A DNA stretch of 64,000 nucleotides from an uncultured Candidatus Saccharibacteria bacterium (GTDB lineage: Bacteria; Patescibacteriota; Minisyncoccia; Phycocordibacterales; UBA9973): positions 65,898 through 129,897 of the forward strand of contig CAYGDG010000001.1 in the NCBI GenBank assembly GCA_964348725.1. The letters are read 5' to 3'. The translations under genes and the position numbers were made by a program. How positions within the stretch are numbered: the stretch's first letter is position 1; each line of letters begins with the position of its first letter. Positions 27,014 to 37,733 of this stretch are shown in pieces. The notes beneath the pieces were generated by a model that was given only the letters and a program-made list of their open reading frames with translations, was not told where the DNA came from and searched no databases.

Positions 27014-28372
27014 ATGGTGAAGAAAACCATAGTTTTTATATTCTTATTCGCACTCCTGGCACAAGCTACGCCTATTTTGAAGGTTCATGCCCAATCCACT
27101 GAGCTTACAGCAGCGCAGGCTGATAGGGCCAAGCTCGAAGCTGAACTCATCGCACTCGAAGCCGAGATCAAAAAAAAGGAAGCGGAGCTTTCCGGTCAGA
27201 AAGGACAATCAGCTTCGCTGAATCGCGATATCGCCGTATTGAAGACAAAAATATCAAAATCCCAGCTCGACATCAAAGCGAAGAACCTCACTATCCAGAA
27301 GCTCAGCGGGGAAATAAAGCAGAAGAGCAGCGCCATTCAGAACCTGACAGAAAAGATCGAAGTGGAAAAAGATTCTTTGGCACAGCTCATCCGCAAGAAT
27401 CAGCAGATAGATAATCAGACACTGCTTGCCCTCCTCATCTCAAATAATTCACTCTATGACATGTATGGCGATGTGGACGCCTTCAACGCTCTCAAGCAAG
27501 CAATCAGCGCGTCCGTGCAGGAAATAAAAGGCGATCGGGCTGAGACTGAGATGGAAAAGAAATCTTTGGAAGAGAAACAAGATGCGGAATCAGATGCCAA
27601 GGCGGCGCTCGAAAAAGACAAGAAGCAGGTGGAAAATAACGAAAAGGAAAAACAAAAGCTGCTCTCTATCAGCAAAGACAAAGAAAAAGAATATCAGAAA
27701 ATTATAGCTGAACAGCAAAAGAAAGTGGCCGATATCAGGGCGCGTCTTTTCAATCTTGCCGGAGGCTCACAAGCTATTCGCTTTGATGTAGCGCTGGGAT
27801 ATGCGGAAGAAGCTTCAACCCGCACTGGTGTAGAGCCGGCATTCATTTTGGCCATCATTACACAAGAGAGCAAGCTTGGCGCAAACGTAGGCAAATGTTA
27901 CCTGACTGACACTACTACCGGGGCGGGTGTATCGACCACCGGCAAGGCTTGGTCAAACTTAATGAAACCCTCCCGCGATGTGGGGCCGTTTTTGGAAATT
28001 ACTTCCGCTCTGGCCCTCAACGCATTCAAGACTGTCGTGTCCTGTCCGATTGCCGGAGTGGCCGGTTATGGAGGTGCGATGGGTCCGGCGCAATTTATCC
28101 CGAGCACATGGAAAATCTTTGAATCACGCGTAAAGAAAATTACCGGTTCGGCAAATCCATGGGCACCGCGTGATGCTTTCACTGCTTCAGCCCTTTATTT
28201 GGCAGATCTCGGCGGCACCGGTTCCAGCCAGGCAGCCCAGAAGAAAGCAGCCTGCAAATATTACGGTTCGGGAGGCACTTCTTGCTCATATGGCAATAGC
28301 GTCATAAAGCTCAAAGACAGCATCCAGGACGACATCGATTACTTGAAAGAATACGGCGTTTCTAAACGATAA
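27014..28372 (+). CDS. Secreted coiled-coil protein with C-terminal lytic transglycosylase (SLT)-like domain
   Basis: Signal peptide (MVKKTIVFIFLFALLAQA), a coiled coil of about 200 aa, then an SLT-like C-terminus with ITQESKLG (catalytic Glu-Ser), GAMGPAQFIPSTW and ALYLADLGG. Confidence 0.65.
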   Translation: MVKKTIVFIFLFALLAQATPILKVHAQSTELTAAQADRAKLEAELIALEAEIKKKEAELSGQKGQSASLNRDIAVLKTKISKSQLDIKAKNLTIQKLSGEIKQKSSAIQNLTEKIEVEKDSLAQLIRKNQQIDNQTLLALLISNNSLYDMYGDVDAFNALKQAISASVQEIKGDRAETEMEKKSLEEKQDAESDAKAALEKDKKQVENNEKEKQKLLSISKDKEKEYQKIIAEQQKKVADIRARLFNLAGGSQAIRFDVALGYAEEASTRTGVEPAFILAIITQESKLGANVGKCYLTDTTTGAGVSTTGKAWSNLMKPSRDVGPFLEITSALALNAFKTVVSCPIAGVAGYGGAMGPAQFIPSTWKIFESRVKKITGSANPWAPRDAFTASALYLADLGGTGSSQAAQKKAACKYYGSGGTSCSYGNSVIKLKDSIQDDIDYLKEYGVSKR

Positions 28373-28395
28373 ATAGCTCGCTCGCCTTTGGCGAG

Positions 28396-28665
28396 TTGCC
28401 AAAAACCATGTCTTGTGATAACATCATTCCTATGCAAAAGAAGATACATCCAAAATACGATATGAAGACCAAAGCCACTTGCGCATGCGGAGCGGTATTT
28501 GAAGTTGGTTCCACTCTCCCTGAAATCAACGTAGAAATCTGCAGTTCGTGCCACCCGTTCTACTCTGGCAAGGAAAACCTTCTCGATATGGCCGGCCGCG
28601 TAGACCGCTTCAAGAAGCGTGCTGCCGCCTCTGCCGCAGTCAAGACTACTAAAGCGAAGAAATAA
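28396..28665 (+). CDS. rpmE: 50S ribosomal protein L31
   Basis: KKIHPKYD...CACG...CSSCHPFYSGKENLLDMAGRVDRFKKR is the L31 zinc-ribbon signature. The true start may be the internal ATG at about 28432. Confidence 0.8.
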   Translation: MPKTMSCDNIIPMQKKIHPKYDMKTKATCACGAVFEVGSTLPEINVEICSSCHPFYSGKENLLDMAGRVDRFKKRAAASAAVKTTKAKK

Positions 28666-28677
28666 ACCTCTACAAAT

Positions 28678-28707
28678 AAAAGCCCGCTTTGTCGGGTTTT
28701 TATTTTT
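28678..28707 (+). terminator. Rho-independent terminator after rpmE
   Basis: AAAGCCCG-CTTTGT-CGGGTTT followed by TTATTTTT. Confidence 0.6.
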
Positions 28708-28721
28708 GCTATACTATACAC

Positions 28722-29690
28722 ATGGAATTAGATATCGACGAACTGAAGAAGAATCACAAGACCGCATACCTTGCGGAGATTTTGGAGCGCTTGAACCAAC
28801 AAGAAGCCGAAGTACGAGAGATGCTCGAAGGAGATGAGACGCTTCGCGAGATGGCTTCGGCCGAACTTGCAGGCATCGAAGAACAGCAGGCAAATACAAA
28901 AAAGCAGATCCAAGATATTCTCGATAAAGACAAAGAGGAAGAAGAATCTCCGAATGAGATCGTGCTCGAAGTACGTGCCGGCGCAGGGGGAGATGAAGCC
29001 TCTCTTTTTGCCTGGCAGCTCGCGCATGCATATGAAAAATTCGCTGAAATACAAGGCTGGAGCTGGAAAGTGAACTATGAGAGCAAGAGCGACTTGGACG
29101 GCTACAAAGAAGCCAGCTTTGAAATAAAAGGAAAAGATTCATATAAAAAAATGCGTTACGAGACAGGCGTGCATCGCGTTCAGCGCGTGCCGGCCACTGA
29201 AAAGAACGGTCGCGTGCACACTAGTACCGCGTCGGTGGCGATTTTGCCTATCAGGAAGAAAGTGACTTTTGAGATAAATCCGGCGGATTTTGATATGGAA
29301 TACTCACGCTCCGGCGGCAAAGGCGGACAGAATGTGAACAAGGTGGAGACTGCAGTGCGCATCATTCACAAGCCGACAGGCCTCGATGTTCGCTCCACGA
29401 ATGAACGCTCCCAGCTCGCGAATCGCGAAAAAGCAATGATGATTTTGACTAATAAGCTCCAGCAATTGAAAGAAGAAGAAGAAGCAAAAAAATATGCCGG
29501 CGTGCGCAAAGACCAGATCGGCTCCGGCGACCGCTCGGAAAAAATCCGCACCTACAATTTTCCGCAGGACCGCATCACGGACCACCGCATCAAGAAATCT
29601 TGGCACAATCTGCCGAAGATATTGGAAGGGGAACTCACCCCTATCATTTCAGCTCTGGAGTCAGGAGAGACGGGGAATGAGGAGGAATAA
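28722..29690 (+). CDS. prfA: Peptide chain release factor 1
   Basis: GGQ motif (SRSGGKGGQNVNKVETAVR) and PxT-type decoding region. The start is set at the ATG at 28722, 6 nt after TGCTATACT (leaderless), rather than the ORF-track 28689. Confidence 0.9.
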   Translation: MELDIDELKKNHKTAYLAEILERLNQQEAEVREMLEGDETLREMASAELAGIEEQQANTKKQIQDILDKDKEEEESPNEIVLEVRAGAGGDEASLFAWQLAHAYEKFAEIQGWSWKVNYESKSDLDGYKEASFEIKGKDSYKKMRYETGVHRVQRVPATEKNGRVHTSTASVAILPIRKKVTFEINPADFDMEYSRSGGKGGQNVNKVETAVRIIHKPTGLDVRSTNERSQLANREKAMMILTNKLQQLKEEEEAKKYAGVRKDQIGSGDRSEKIRTYNFPQDRITDHRIKKSWHNLPKILEGELTPIISALESGETGNEEE

Positions 29691-29736
29691 GGCTTGTATG
29701 GGTTTTACACAGGTCATTGCTTTTTAGTTCTGTTTA

Positions 29737-29839
29737 TGCTATACTGTTGTCTAGTAGTTTCTCCCATAGCTTTCGGGCGTAAGAGGGCTGCATTTATAAG
29801 TAGTTTTTGCCCGTTTAGGAAAATGGGAGAAAAAATAGT
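29737..29839 (+). promoter_or_regulatory. Promoter (TGCTATACT) plus a structured 5' UTR of about 90 nt for the RRM protein gene
   Basis: Extended -10 TGCTATACT at about 29737-29745. The leader has long-range complementarity between TCTCCCAT and ATGGGAGA, and an internal CGGGC...GCCCG stem. Confidence 0.45.
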
Positions 29840-30184
29840 ATGGCTACAAAGCTATATGTAGGGGGACTCCCTTACAGCACTCAAGAAGACGCTCTCAAAG
29901 AGCACTTCGCACAGGCAGGTAATGTTACCTCTGCTGTGATTATCATGGACAAGATGTCCGGTCGCTCTAAGGGTTTCGGATTCGTTGAAATGTCTACGGA
30001 CGAGGAAGCGCAAAACGCTGTCTCTATGTTCAACGGTCAGGAATTCGAAGGACGCAAGCTCACAGTCAACGAAGCTCGTCCGATGGAAGCTCGCCCGCCA
30101 AGAACTGGTGGTGCAGGTGGATACGGAGGAGGTAACGGTGGAAACGGCGGATACGGTGCAAACCGCGGTCGCCGAGAATACTAA
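29840..30184 (+). CDS. Glycine-rich RNA-binding protein (RRM domain)
   Basis: RNP2 KLYVGGL, RNP1 KGFGFVEM, and a C-terminal GGYGGGNGGNGGYG tail. Confidence 0.9.
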   Translation: MATKLYVGGLPYSTQEDALKEHFAQAGNVTSAVIIMDKMSGRSKGFGFVEMSTDEEAQNAVSMFNGQEFEGRKLTVNEARPMEARPPRTGGAGGYGGGNGGNGGYGANRGRREY

Positions 30185-30200
30185 TTTTCTCTGACTCTCA

Positions 30201-30227
30201 AAAAACCCGCTTCGGCGGGTTTTTTGT
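30201..30227 (+). terminator. Rho-independent terminator after the RRM gene
   Basis: AAAAACCCGC-TTCG-GCGGGTTTTTT. Confidence 0.8.
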
Positions 30228-30258
30228 TGCTTAAATTCGCTTTTTTTGTTATATTCCA

Positions 30259-30299
30259 AAGCGAGGCAAGACCTAACATGTTAGGTCTTGCCTCGCTTA
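30259..30299 (+). other. Perfect 19-bp hairpin in the 5' leader of the tRNA-Ile transcript
   Basis: AAGCGAGGCAAGACCTAAC-ATG-GTTAGGTCTTGCCTCGCTT, directly after a TGTTATATT -10 box at 30247-30255, with tRNA-Ile 11 nt downstream. Confidence 0.6.
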
Positions 30300-30310
30300 A
30301 GCCGACTTAT

Positions 30311-30382
30311 GAGTGTGTAGTTCAGTGGTAGAACGCTGTCCTGATAAGACAGAGGTCGATGGTCCGATTCCATCCACACTCA
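30311..30382 (+). tRNA. tRNA-Ile (anticodon GAT)
   Basis: GAGTGTGTAGTTCAGTGGTAGAACGCTGTCCTGATAAGACAGAGGTCGATGGTCCGATTCCATCCACACTCA, 72 nt. Anticodon loop CTGATAA; clean cloverleaf. Confidence 0.9.
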
Positions 30383-30489
30383 CAAGATGAACAAAAATGT
30401 CATTACGATCGTATTTGTCATCGCGATGCTGATTTTTCAGGTTTTATACTGGTTGCGCATCATTAATTTTTAGCCTATAATTCTGGCGT

Positions 30490-30717
30490 ATGCATGAAAA
30501 ATTATGGCAGCCTGTGTTGTTATTTTACGCGAAAGCCACCGGCTGGATAGCTTTGCCGATAGTGCTGGCATCCGTCTTCAGCAAGAATTTGCCTGACGCG
30601 GGCCGTATCGCGGCATTCGTCGTAGCGTTCCTCATTTCAATCTGGGGAATTTACCGCGAGATAAAAAAGTACCAGAAAGATATAAACAATACGGAAAACA
30701 AAAATGGCGACAAATAA
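30490..30717 (+). CDS. Small two-TM membrane protein, ATP synthase protein I (AtpI/AtpZ)-like
   Basis: 75 aa with two hydrophobic helices, immediately upstream of and overlapping atpB. The ATG follows TATAAT (30476-30481) by 8 nt. Confidence 0.5.
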   Translation: MHEKLWQPVLLFYAKATGWIALPIVLASVFSKNLPDAGRIAAFVVAFLISIWGIYREIKKYQKDINNTENKNGDK

Positions 30718-31642
30718 TACTGCAAATCAAATAGAGCATACAGAAGAAATTCCGCACGAGGCCGGAGCCGAGCAGGTACAGGGCGGCGCGCATACCCCGC
30801 CGATATACGCCGAGCCACTTTTTCATATTGGAAAATTCCAGGTTACCAATGCACTCCTCACATCATGGCTCGCTGTCATCGTCATCGCCGCGCTCGCATT
30901 TTGGATGCGGAGCAAGATGAAAAAGATTCCCGGCAAGGCCCAGCACATTTTTGAAATCATGCTGGAAGGCGCGATGTCGCTCGTAGACCAGATCACGAAT
31001 GACCGCAAGATCACGCTCAAAATTTTTCCGCTTGTGTTCACGCTATTCGTCTTTATCCTTATCAACAACTGGATAGGCATCATGCCATTTGTCGGCTCCA
31101 TCGGCTATTATGCCTTGCATGACGGGCACAATGTATTCGTGCCTTTCTTCCGCGGGGGAATGGCGGATATCAACACTACGCTCGCCCTTTCCATCGCCAC
31201 TGTCGTCGGCTCAAATGTCTTCGGCGTCCTCGCTATCGGCCTCTGGAAAACTTTCAATAAATATGTTAATCTAAGTGCGCTCGCGTCCATGTTTACAAAA
31301 GTGAGAAAAGACCCGAGCGTGCTCATCGTCTCGCCTATCACATTCTTTGTGGGCCTTATGGAACTCATCGGAGAGATGGCAAAAATAGCCTCGCTGTCAT
31401 TTCGTCTCTTCGGAAACGTCTTCGCCGGCGAAGTGCTCCTCGCATCCATGGCGGCGATATTCGCTTTTGTCGTCCCCGGACCATTTCTTTTTTTGGAAGT
31501 GTTCGTGGGACTCATCCAGGCGCTCATCTTCTCTTTGCTTGCGACCGTGTACTTCACCATAGGGGCGCAAGATCATGGCGAGCATGAAGAACATGATGAG
31601 CAGCACGAGCACAAAGAAGCGCACCAAGTGGCTCGCGCATAA
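30704..31642 (+). CDS. atpB: F0F1 ATP synthase subunit a
   Basis: Five TM helices and the conserved LSFRLFGNVFAGE essential-Arg helix. C-terminal His/Glu-rich tail. Confidence 0.9.
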   Translation: MATNNTANQIEHTEEIPHEAGAEQVQGGAHTPPIYAEPLFHIGKFQVTNALLTSWLAVIVIAALAFWMRSKMKKIPGKAQHIFEIMLEGAMSLVDQITNDRKITLKIFPLVFTLFVFILINNWIGIMPFVGSIGYYALHDGHNVFVPFFRGGMADINTTLALSIATVVGSNVFGVLAIGLWKTFNKYVNLSALASMFTKVRKDPSVLIVSPITFFVGLMELIGEMAKIASLSFRLFGNVFAGEVLLASMAAIFAFVVPGPFLFLEVFVGLIQALIFSLLATVYFTIGAQDHGEHEEHDEQHEHKEAHQVARA

Positions 31643-31693
31643 ATTATTATAAAGTCGAAACTCCGCCACGGCGGATAAAATTATCAATTATAA

Positions 31694-31945
<252 letters not shown>

Positions 31946-32028
31946 TGATTGGAACCTCAGTGCTCGCCGTGCAAACGGAAAGAGCATTGTGTTTCGCTCA
32001 GTATTAACAGCGAATAATAAAAAACAAA

Positions 32029-32478
32029 ATGCAAGAACTTATCGCCACATTTCATATAGACTGGAAACTGATGCTCGCACAGATTTTTAACTTCGCGCTC
32101 GTCTTCGCCGCGCTCTACCTCATCGCCGCCAAGCCGCTCCGCAAATTGATGGCTGAGCGCACGGAAGAAATCACTAAAGGCCTTGAAGACGCGAAGCAGA
32201 ATGCCGAGAAACTGAAAGCCACCACGGCGGACTACGAAGCCACGCTTTCCAAAGCCCGCACCGAAGCGAATGCCATTTTTGATAAGACGAAGAAAGACGC
32301 CGAAGCAAAGCGCGCTGAAATCCTCGCCCAGGCGCAAGCTGAAATGACGGCCACCCTGGAAAATGGCAGAAAGATTTTGGAAGCCGACAAGGCAAAAGTG
32401 CTCGCTGATGCCAAGAATGAAATCGCTTCACTCGTAATTTCGGCGACTGAAAAGGTCTTGGGAGAAAAGCAGAAATAA
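32029..32478 (+). CDS. atpF: F0F1 ATP synthase subunit b
   Basis: N-terminal TM helix plus a long Ala/Lys/Glu-rich helix. Confidence 0.85.
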   Translation: MQELIATFHIDWKLMLAQIFNFALVFAALYLIAAKPLRKLMAERTEEITKGLEDAKQNAEKLKATTADYEATLSKARTEANAIFDKTKKDAEAKRAEILAQAQAEMTATLENGRKILEADKAKVLADAKNEIASLVISATEKVLGEKQK

Positions 32479-32482
32479 TAAT

Positions 32483-32833
32483 ATGGAAACAAAAAAAGTA
32501 GCATTTAATAAAGACTTTAAAACCCTCATAGCTCCGTGGCTTATGTTAGCTGTAATTTGGGCTTTGGCTATAATCAAATCTAAATATCAGCTTATGTATA
32601 CAAATACGGATATAGGAGAGGGGGATATGTGGGGATTTGTTGTTATGATGAGAGGTATTTTATTTGAATACTCTATTCCCTTATTTTCAATTCCTGTTTC
32701 TATTCTTTTGTCTCTCATTGCCACTGTGTCCAAAACTGAGACAACATTCAGAAAGATAAATAGGATAATTTTCTGGATTATGATTTTAAATATAGCTTTA
32801 TTTATTCCTGTTCTGTTGAGTAAGTTAATTTAA
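32483..32833 (+). CDS. AT-rich membrane protein of unknown function inserted between atpF and atpH
   Basis: 116 aa with 3-4 TM helices and an AT-rich codon bias unlike the flanking atp genes. Confidence 0.5.
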   Translation: METKKVAFNKDFKTLIAPWLMLAVIWALAIIKSKYQLMYTNTDIGEGDMWGFVVMMRGILFEYSIPLFSIPVSILLSLIATVSKTETTFRKINRIIFWIMILNIALFIPVLLSKLI

Positions 32834-32840
32834 TTATTTT

Positions 32841-33224
32841 ATGTCCAAAATTTCTATTAAAAACATAGCTCACGCGATATACGAATCAAAAGCACAGGCA
32901 AAGGATGTCGTGAAGTTTTTGAATAGGAATAAATTGCTCGGAAAGTCGGAAGAAATACTGCAAGAACTTGAAAAGATAGAAAATAAAGAAAAGGGGATTA
33001 TGAAGATGAAAGTGCACAGTGCCGCGAAAGTCCCCGCTGAAAAGAGAAAAGAGCTGGAGACGAAGATAAAGGAAAAATATAAGGCGAAAGAAATAGTGAG
33101 TGAATATTTTGAAGATAAATACTTGCTCGGCGGAATGAAAATACAGGTAGGGGAGGAAGTAATGGATATGACACACAGGAACAAATTAAACCAATTATCA
33201 AAGCATTTACTTACTAGCAACTAG
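32841..33224 (+). CDS. atpH: F0F1 ATP synthase subunit delta (OSCP), shortened
   Basis: The C-terminus LLGGMKIQVGEEVMDMTHRNKLNQL matches the delta-subunit signature. At 127 aa it is only about 70% of the usual length. Confidence 0.65.
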   Translation: MSKISIKNIAHAIYESKAQAKDVVKFLNRNKLLGKSEEILQELEKIENKEKGIMKMKVHSAAKVPAEKRKELETKIKEKYKAKEIVSEYFEDKYLLGGMKIQVGEEVMDMTHRNKLNQLSKHLLTSN

Positions 33225-33247
33225 AACCTATAACCTAAAACCTAATT

Positions 33248-34744
33248 ATGAACCACATCGTAGAAAATTTAAGAAAAGAAATAGAAGGCTTCAAGGCGGA
33301 AATGAAGACCGAAAAAATCGGCCATGTCGTGGAAGTCTTTGACGGCATCGCCAAGATTTCCGGCCTTTCGGACATCAAGGCATCCGAAATGGTCACTTTC
33401 CCAAATGGCGAGACGGGCGTGACGCTGAACCTTGAAGACGATTCCGTGGGTGTCATCATTCTCGGCGACTTCTCTAAAATCCGCGAAGGCGATGAAGTGA
33501 AAGCTACGGGAAAAATTTTGGAAGTGCCTGTAGGCGATGCGATGGTAGGCAGAGTAGTAAACGCACTCGGCGCGGCGATAGACGGTAAGGGTACTATTAA
33601 AACTTCTGAAAATAATCCGATAGAAAAAGTCGCTTCCGGCGTGATGAGCCGCCAGTCCGTAGACCAGCCCGTGCAGACCGGTATCAAAGCCATTGACGCG
33701 CTCATCCCTATCGGCCGCGGACAGCGCGAGCTCATCATCGGCGACCGCCAGACCGGAAAGACCGCTATCGCCATCGACGCTATCTTGAACCAAAAGGGGC
33801 AGAATATGATTTGCGTCTATGTCTCTATCGGCCAGAAAGATTCTAAACTCCGCAAACTCCAGACCCGTCTTGAAGAAGGCGGCGCGATGGCGTACACCGT
33901 CATCGTCTCCGCAGGTTCTTCCGAGCCGGCCGCGATGTCTTACATCGCTCCGTACACCGGCGTCTCCATCGCTGAATACTTTATGGACAAAGGGCAGGAT
34001 GTCCTCATCATTTACGATGACCTTTCCAAGCACGCCGTCGCCTACCGCGAAATTTCCCTCCTCCTCCGCCGTCCGCCGGGTCGCGAAGCGTATCCGGGCG
34101 ATGTCTTCTACCTGCACTCCCGCTTGCTTGAAAGAGCGTGCCGCAAAAATAAAGAATACGGCGGCGGCTCTATCACCGCGCTACCGATTATTGAAACCCA
34201 AGCCGGTGATGTGTCCGCCTACATTCCGACGAATGTCATCTCTATTACTGATGGACAAATATTCCTTGAAACAGATTTATTTTACAAAGGTATTCGTCCT
34301 GCAGTAAACGTGGGTCTTTCCGTGTCCCGCGTGGGTTCTTCCGCGCAGATAAAAGCGATGAAAAAAGTCGCCGGCACTTTGAAACTTGACCTCGCGCAGT
34401 TCCGCGAGCTTGAAGCGTTCGCGCAGTTCGGCTCTGACCTTGATGAAGCTACCAAGCGCCAGTTGGAACGCGGAAAGCGCGCCGTGGAAGTGCTGAAACA
34501 GCCGCAATATTCTCCGGTCATCGTGGAAAACCAGGTCGTCACCCTCTATGCGCTCGTGAAAGGGCATATGGATGATGTGCCTGTGGCGAAGATAAAAGAG
34601 TTTGAAATCGGCCTCGTAGAATATGCCGAAAATAATGCAAAAAAGTTCTTCTCCCAAATCCGCGAGAAAAAGATGTGGGAAGACGACGGCGAAGCGGAAC
34701 TTAAACAGGCGATAGGGGATTTTAAGGCAGGTTTTTTGAAGTAA
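33248..34744 (+). CDS. atpA: F0F1 ATP synthase subunit alpha
   Basis: P-loop [13 protein letters not shown] and the alpha-subunit signature throughout. Confidence 0.97.
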   Translation: MNHIVENLRKEIEGFKAEMKTEKIGHVVEVFDGIAKISGLSDIKASEMVTFPNGETGVTLNLEDDSVGVIILGDFSKIREGDEVKATGKILEVPVGDAMVGRVVNALGAAIDGKGTIKTSENNPIEKVASGVMSRQSVDQPVQTGIKAIDALIPIGRGQRELIIGDRQTGKTAIAIDAILNQKGQNMICVYVSIGQKDSKLRKLQTRLEEGGAMAYTVIVSAGSSEPAAMSYIAPYTGVSIAEYFMDKGQDVLIIYDDLSKHAVAYREISLLLRRPPGREAYPGDVFYLHSRLLERACRKNKEYGGGSITALPIIETQAGDVSAYIPTNVISITDGQIFLETDLFYKGIRPAVNVGLSVSRVGSSAQIKAMKKVAGTLKLDLAQFRELEAFAQFGSDLDEATKRQLERGKRAVEVLKQPQYSPVIVENQVVTLYALVKGHMDDVPVAKIKEFEIGLVEYAENNAKKFFSQIREKKMWEDDGEAELKQAIGDFKAGFLK

Positions 34745-34747
34745 TTT

Positions 34748-34912
34748 ATGGAAGAAAAGAAAGACATTGAAATAAAAAAAGCTAAATTCGCAATAAAAAT
34801 TTCCACCACAGTTTTTGTTGGAATATTTATTGTTTTAGTAATACCACTAGTAAGTTTTATTGTTTTTTCTATAAACCCGGTAGCGTGGATTATTAAATCC
34901 TTGAATAATTAA
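34748..34912 (+). CDS. Small single-pass membrane protein (54 aa) between atpA and atpG
   Basis: MEEKKDIEIKKAKFAIKISTTVFVGIFIVLVIPLVSFIVFSINPVAWIIKSLNN. It exactly fills the atpA-atpG gap and is not in the ORF track because it is under 60 aa. Confidence 0.4.
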   Translation: MEEKKDIEIKKAKFAIKISTTVFVGIFIVLVIPLVSFIVFSINPVAWIIKSLNN

Positions 34913-34916
34913 TTTT

Positions 34917-35855
34917 ATGGCCTCAACGAAAGAAATCAAAAGACGAATAAAGTCGGTGAAGAACACCAAGAAGATAACCAAAGCGATGGAACTCGTGGCG
35001 GCTTCAAAGATGCGCCGCGCGGTGGCGCAGGCGCTTTCTTCGCGCGTGTATGCCGGATATTCGTGGGAGCTTTTGACTTCTCTTTCGGCGCGGTTGGACG
35101 AGATCACGCACCCATTTTTCAATGAAGCCAAAGACGGAAAGACCTTGCTTGTCCTCATCACCTCAAACGGCTCATTGTGCGGAGGATATAACGCGCAAGC
35201 AATCAAAAAGGCTATTTCTCTTCTGCGCGACCCTCTCATTGCCAGGAGAGGGCAGGGTGAGGTAGACATAGTTTCAATAGGAAAGAAAGGCGATGCCGCG
35301 ATGCGCCGGACGGGGCAAAATGTCATCGCCGCATTTACGGACTTGCCCGCCGGGCTCTCGCTTTCCGATGTCTCGCCCATCTCCGCCCTCCTCCTTTCCG
35401 AATACAAAAAGAAAAATTATAAGGAAATATTTGTCGTCTATACGGACTTCGTATCCGCCCTCACGCAGAAGCCGAATATCAGGAAGCTCCTGCCGATTTC
35501 AAAACAAGAAATAAAAGATTTGATAGAGATAGAAAAGAAAGAGGCGAGAGTGGAGAGAGGTTTACCCGCCGTGGCGGGAGTCGGGGCGAATTCAGAAATT
35601 CCTTACCTCATAGAAGGCGACGCCAACAAACTGATAGAAATGCTCGCGGAGAAATTGGTCAGAATGCAGATTTATCAGATGCTCCTGGAGTCCGGAGCGA
35701 GCGAGCAGTCAGCCAGGATGGTCGCGATGAAAAATGCCTCCGAAGCCGCCGGCGAAATGATAGAAGACCTCACCCTCGTCTTCAACAAAGCCCGCCAAGC
35801 CGGCATCACGCAGGAAATATCGGAGATAAGCGCGGGTATGGCATCGGTTAGCTAA
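34917..35855 (+). CDS. atpG: F0F1 ATP synthase subunit gamma
   Basis: MASTKEIKRRIKSVKNTKKITKAMELVAASKMRRA and the C-terminal ARQAGITQEISEISAG are gamma-subunit signatures. It carries two in-frame palindromic repeats. Confidence 0.9.
   Translation: MASTKEIKRRIKSVKNTKKITKAMELVAASKMRRAVAQALSSRVYAGYSWELLTSLSARLDEITHPFFNEAKDGKTLLVLITSNGSLCGGYNAQAIKKAISLLRDPLIARRGQGEVDIVSIGKKGDAAMRRTGQNVIAAFTDLPAGLSLSDVSPISALLLSEYKKKNYKEIFVVYTDFVSALTQKPNIRKLLPISKQEIKDLIEIEKKEARVERGLPAVAGVGANSEIPYLIEGDANKLIEMLAEKLVRMQIYQMLLESGASEQSARMVAMKNASEAAGEMIEDLTLVFNKARQAGITQEISEISAGMASVS
35231..35263. repeat. Family-A GC-rich palindromic repeat in frame in atpG
   Basis: CCCTCTCA-TTGCCAG-GAGAGGG-CAGGGTGAGGT, translated PLIARRGQGEV. 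Paralogous to 24841-24876. Confidence 0.7.
35561..35590. repeat. Family-B palindromic repeat (CCCGCCGTGGCGGG core) in frame in atpG
   Basis: TTTACCCGCCGTGGCGGGAGTCGGGGCGAA, translated LPAVAGVGA. The identical 14-mer CCCGCCGTGGCGGG recurs at 45660. Confidence 0.65.
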
Positions 35856-35877
35856 ATTATAAGTAATATATAAATAT

Positions 35878-37713
<1,836 letters not shown>

Positions 37714-37733
<20 letters not shown>

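Noticed and set aside
29618-29690. Possible family-A-like repeat at the prfA 3' end (GGAGAGACGGGGAATGAGG)
   Set aside because: The encoded C-terminus (GELTPIISALESGETGNEEE) resembles a normal RF1 tail and there is no clean inverted repeat. The similarity to GGAGAGGGCCGGGGTGAGG is probably coincidental.
29180-29727. ORFs 29180-29365 (-), 29304-29606 (-), 29494-29727 (+) and 28714-29142 (-) overlapping prfA
   Set aside because: All lie within or antisense to the release factor 1 gene, which has a clear GGQ motif. Treated as shadow ORFs.
33269-34657. Long antisense ORFs inside atpA (33269-34117 -, 33235-33774 -, 34277-34657 -)
   Set aside because: Contained within the highly conserved ATP synthase alpha gene on the opposite strand. 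GC-rich codon third positions produce long open antisense frames.
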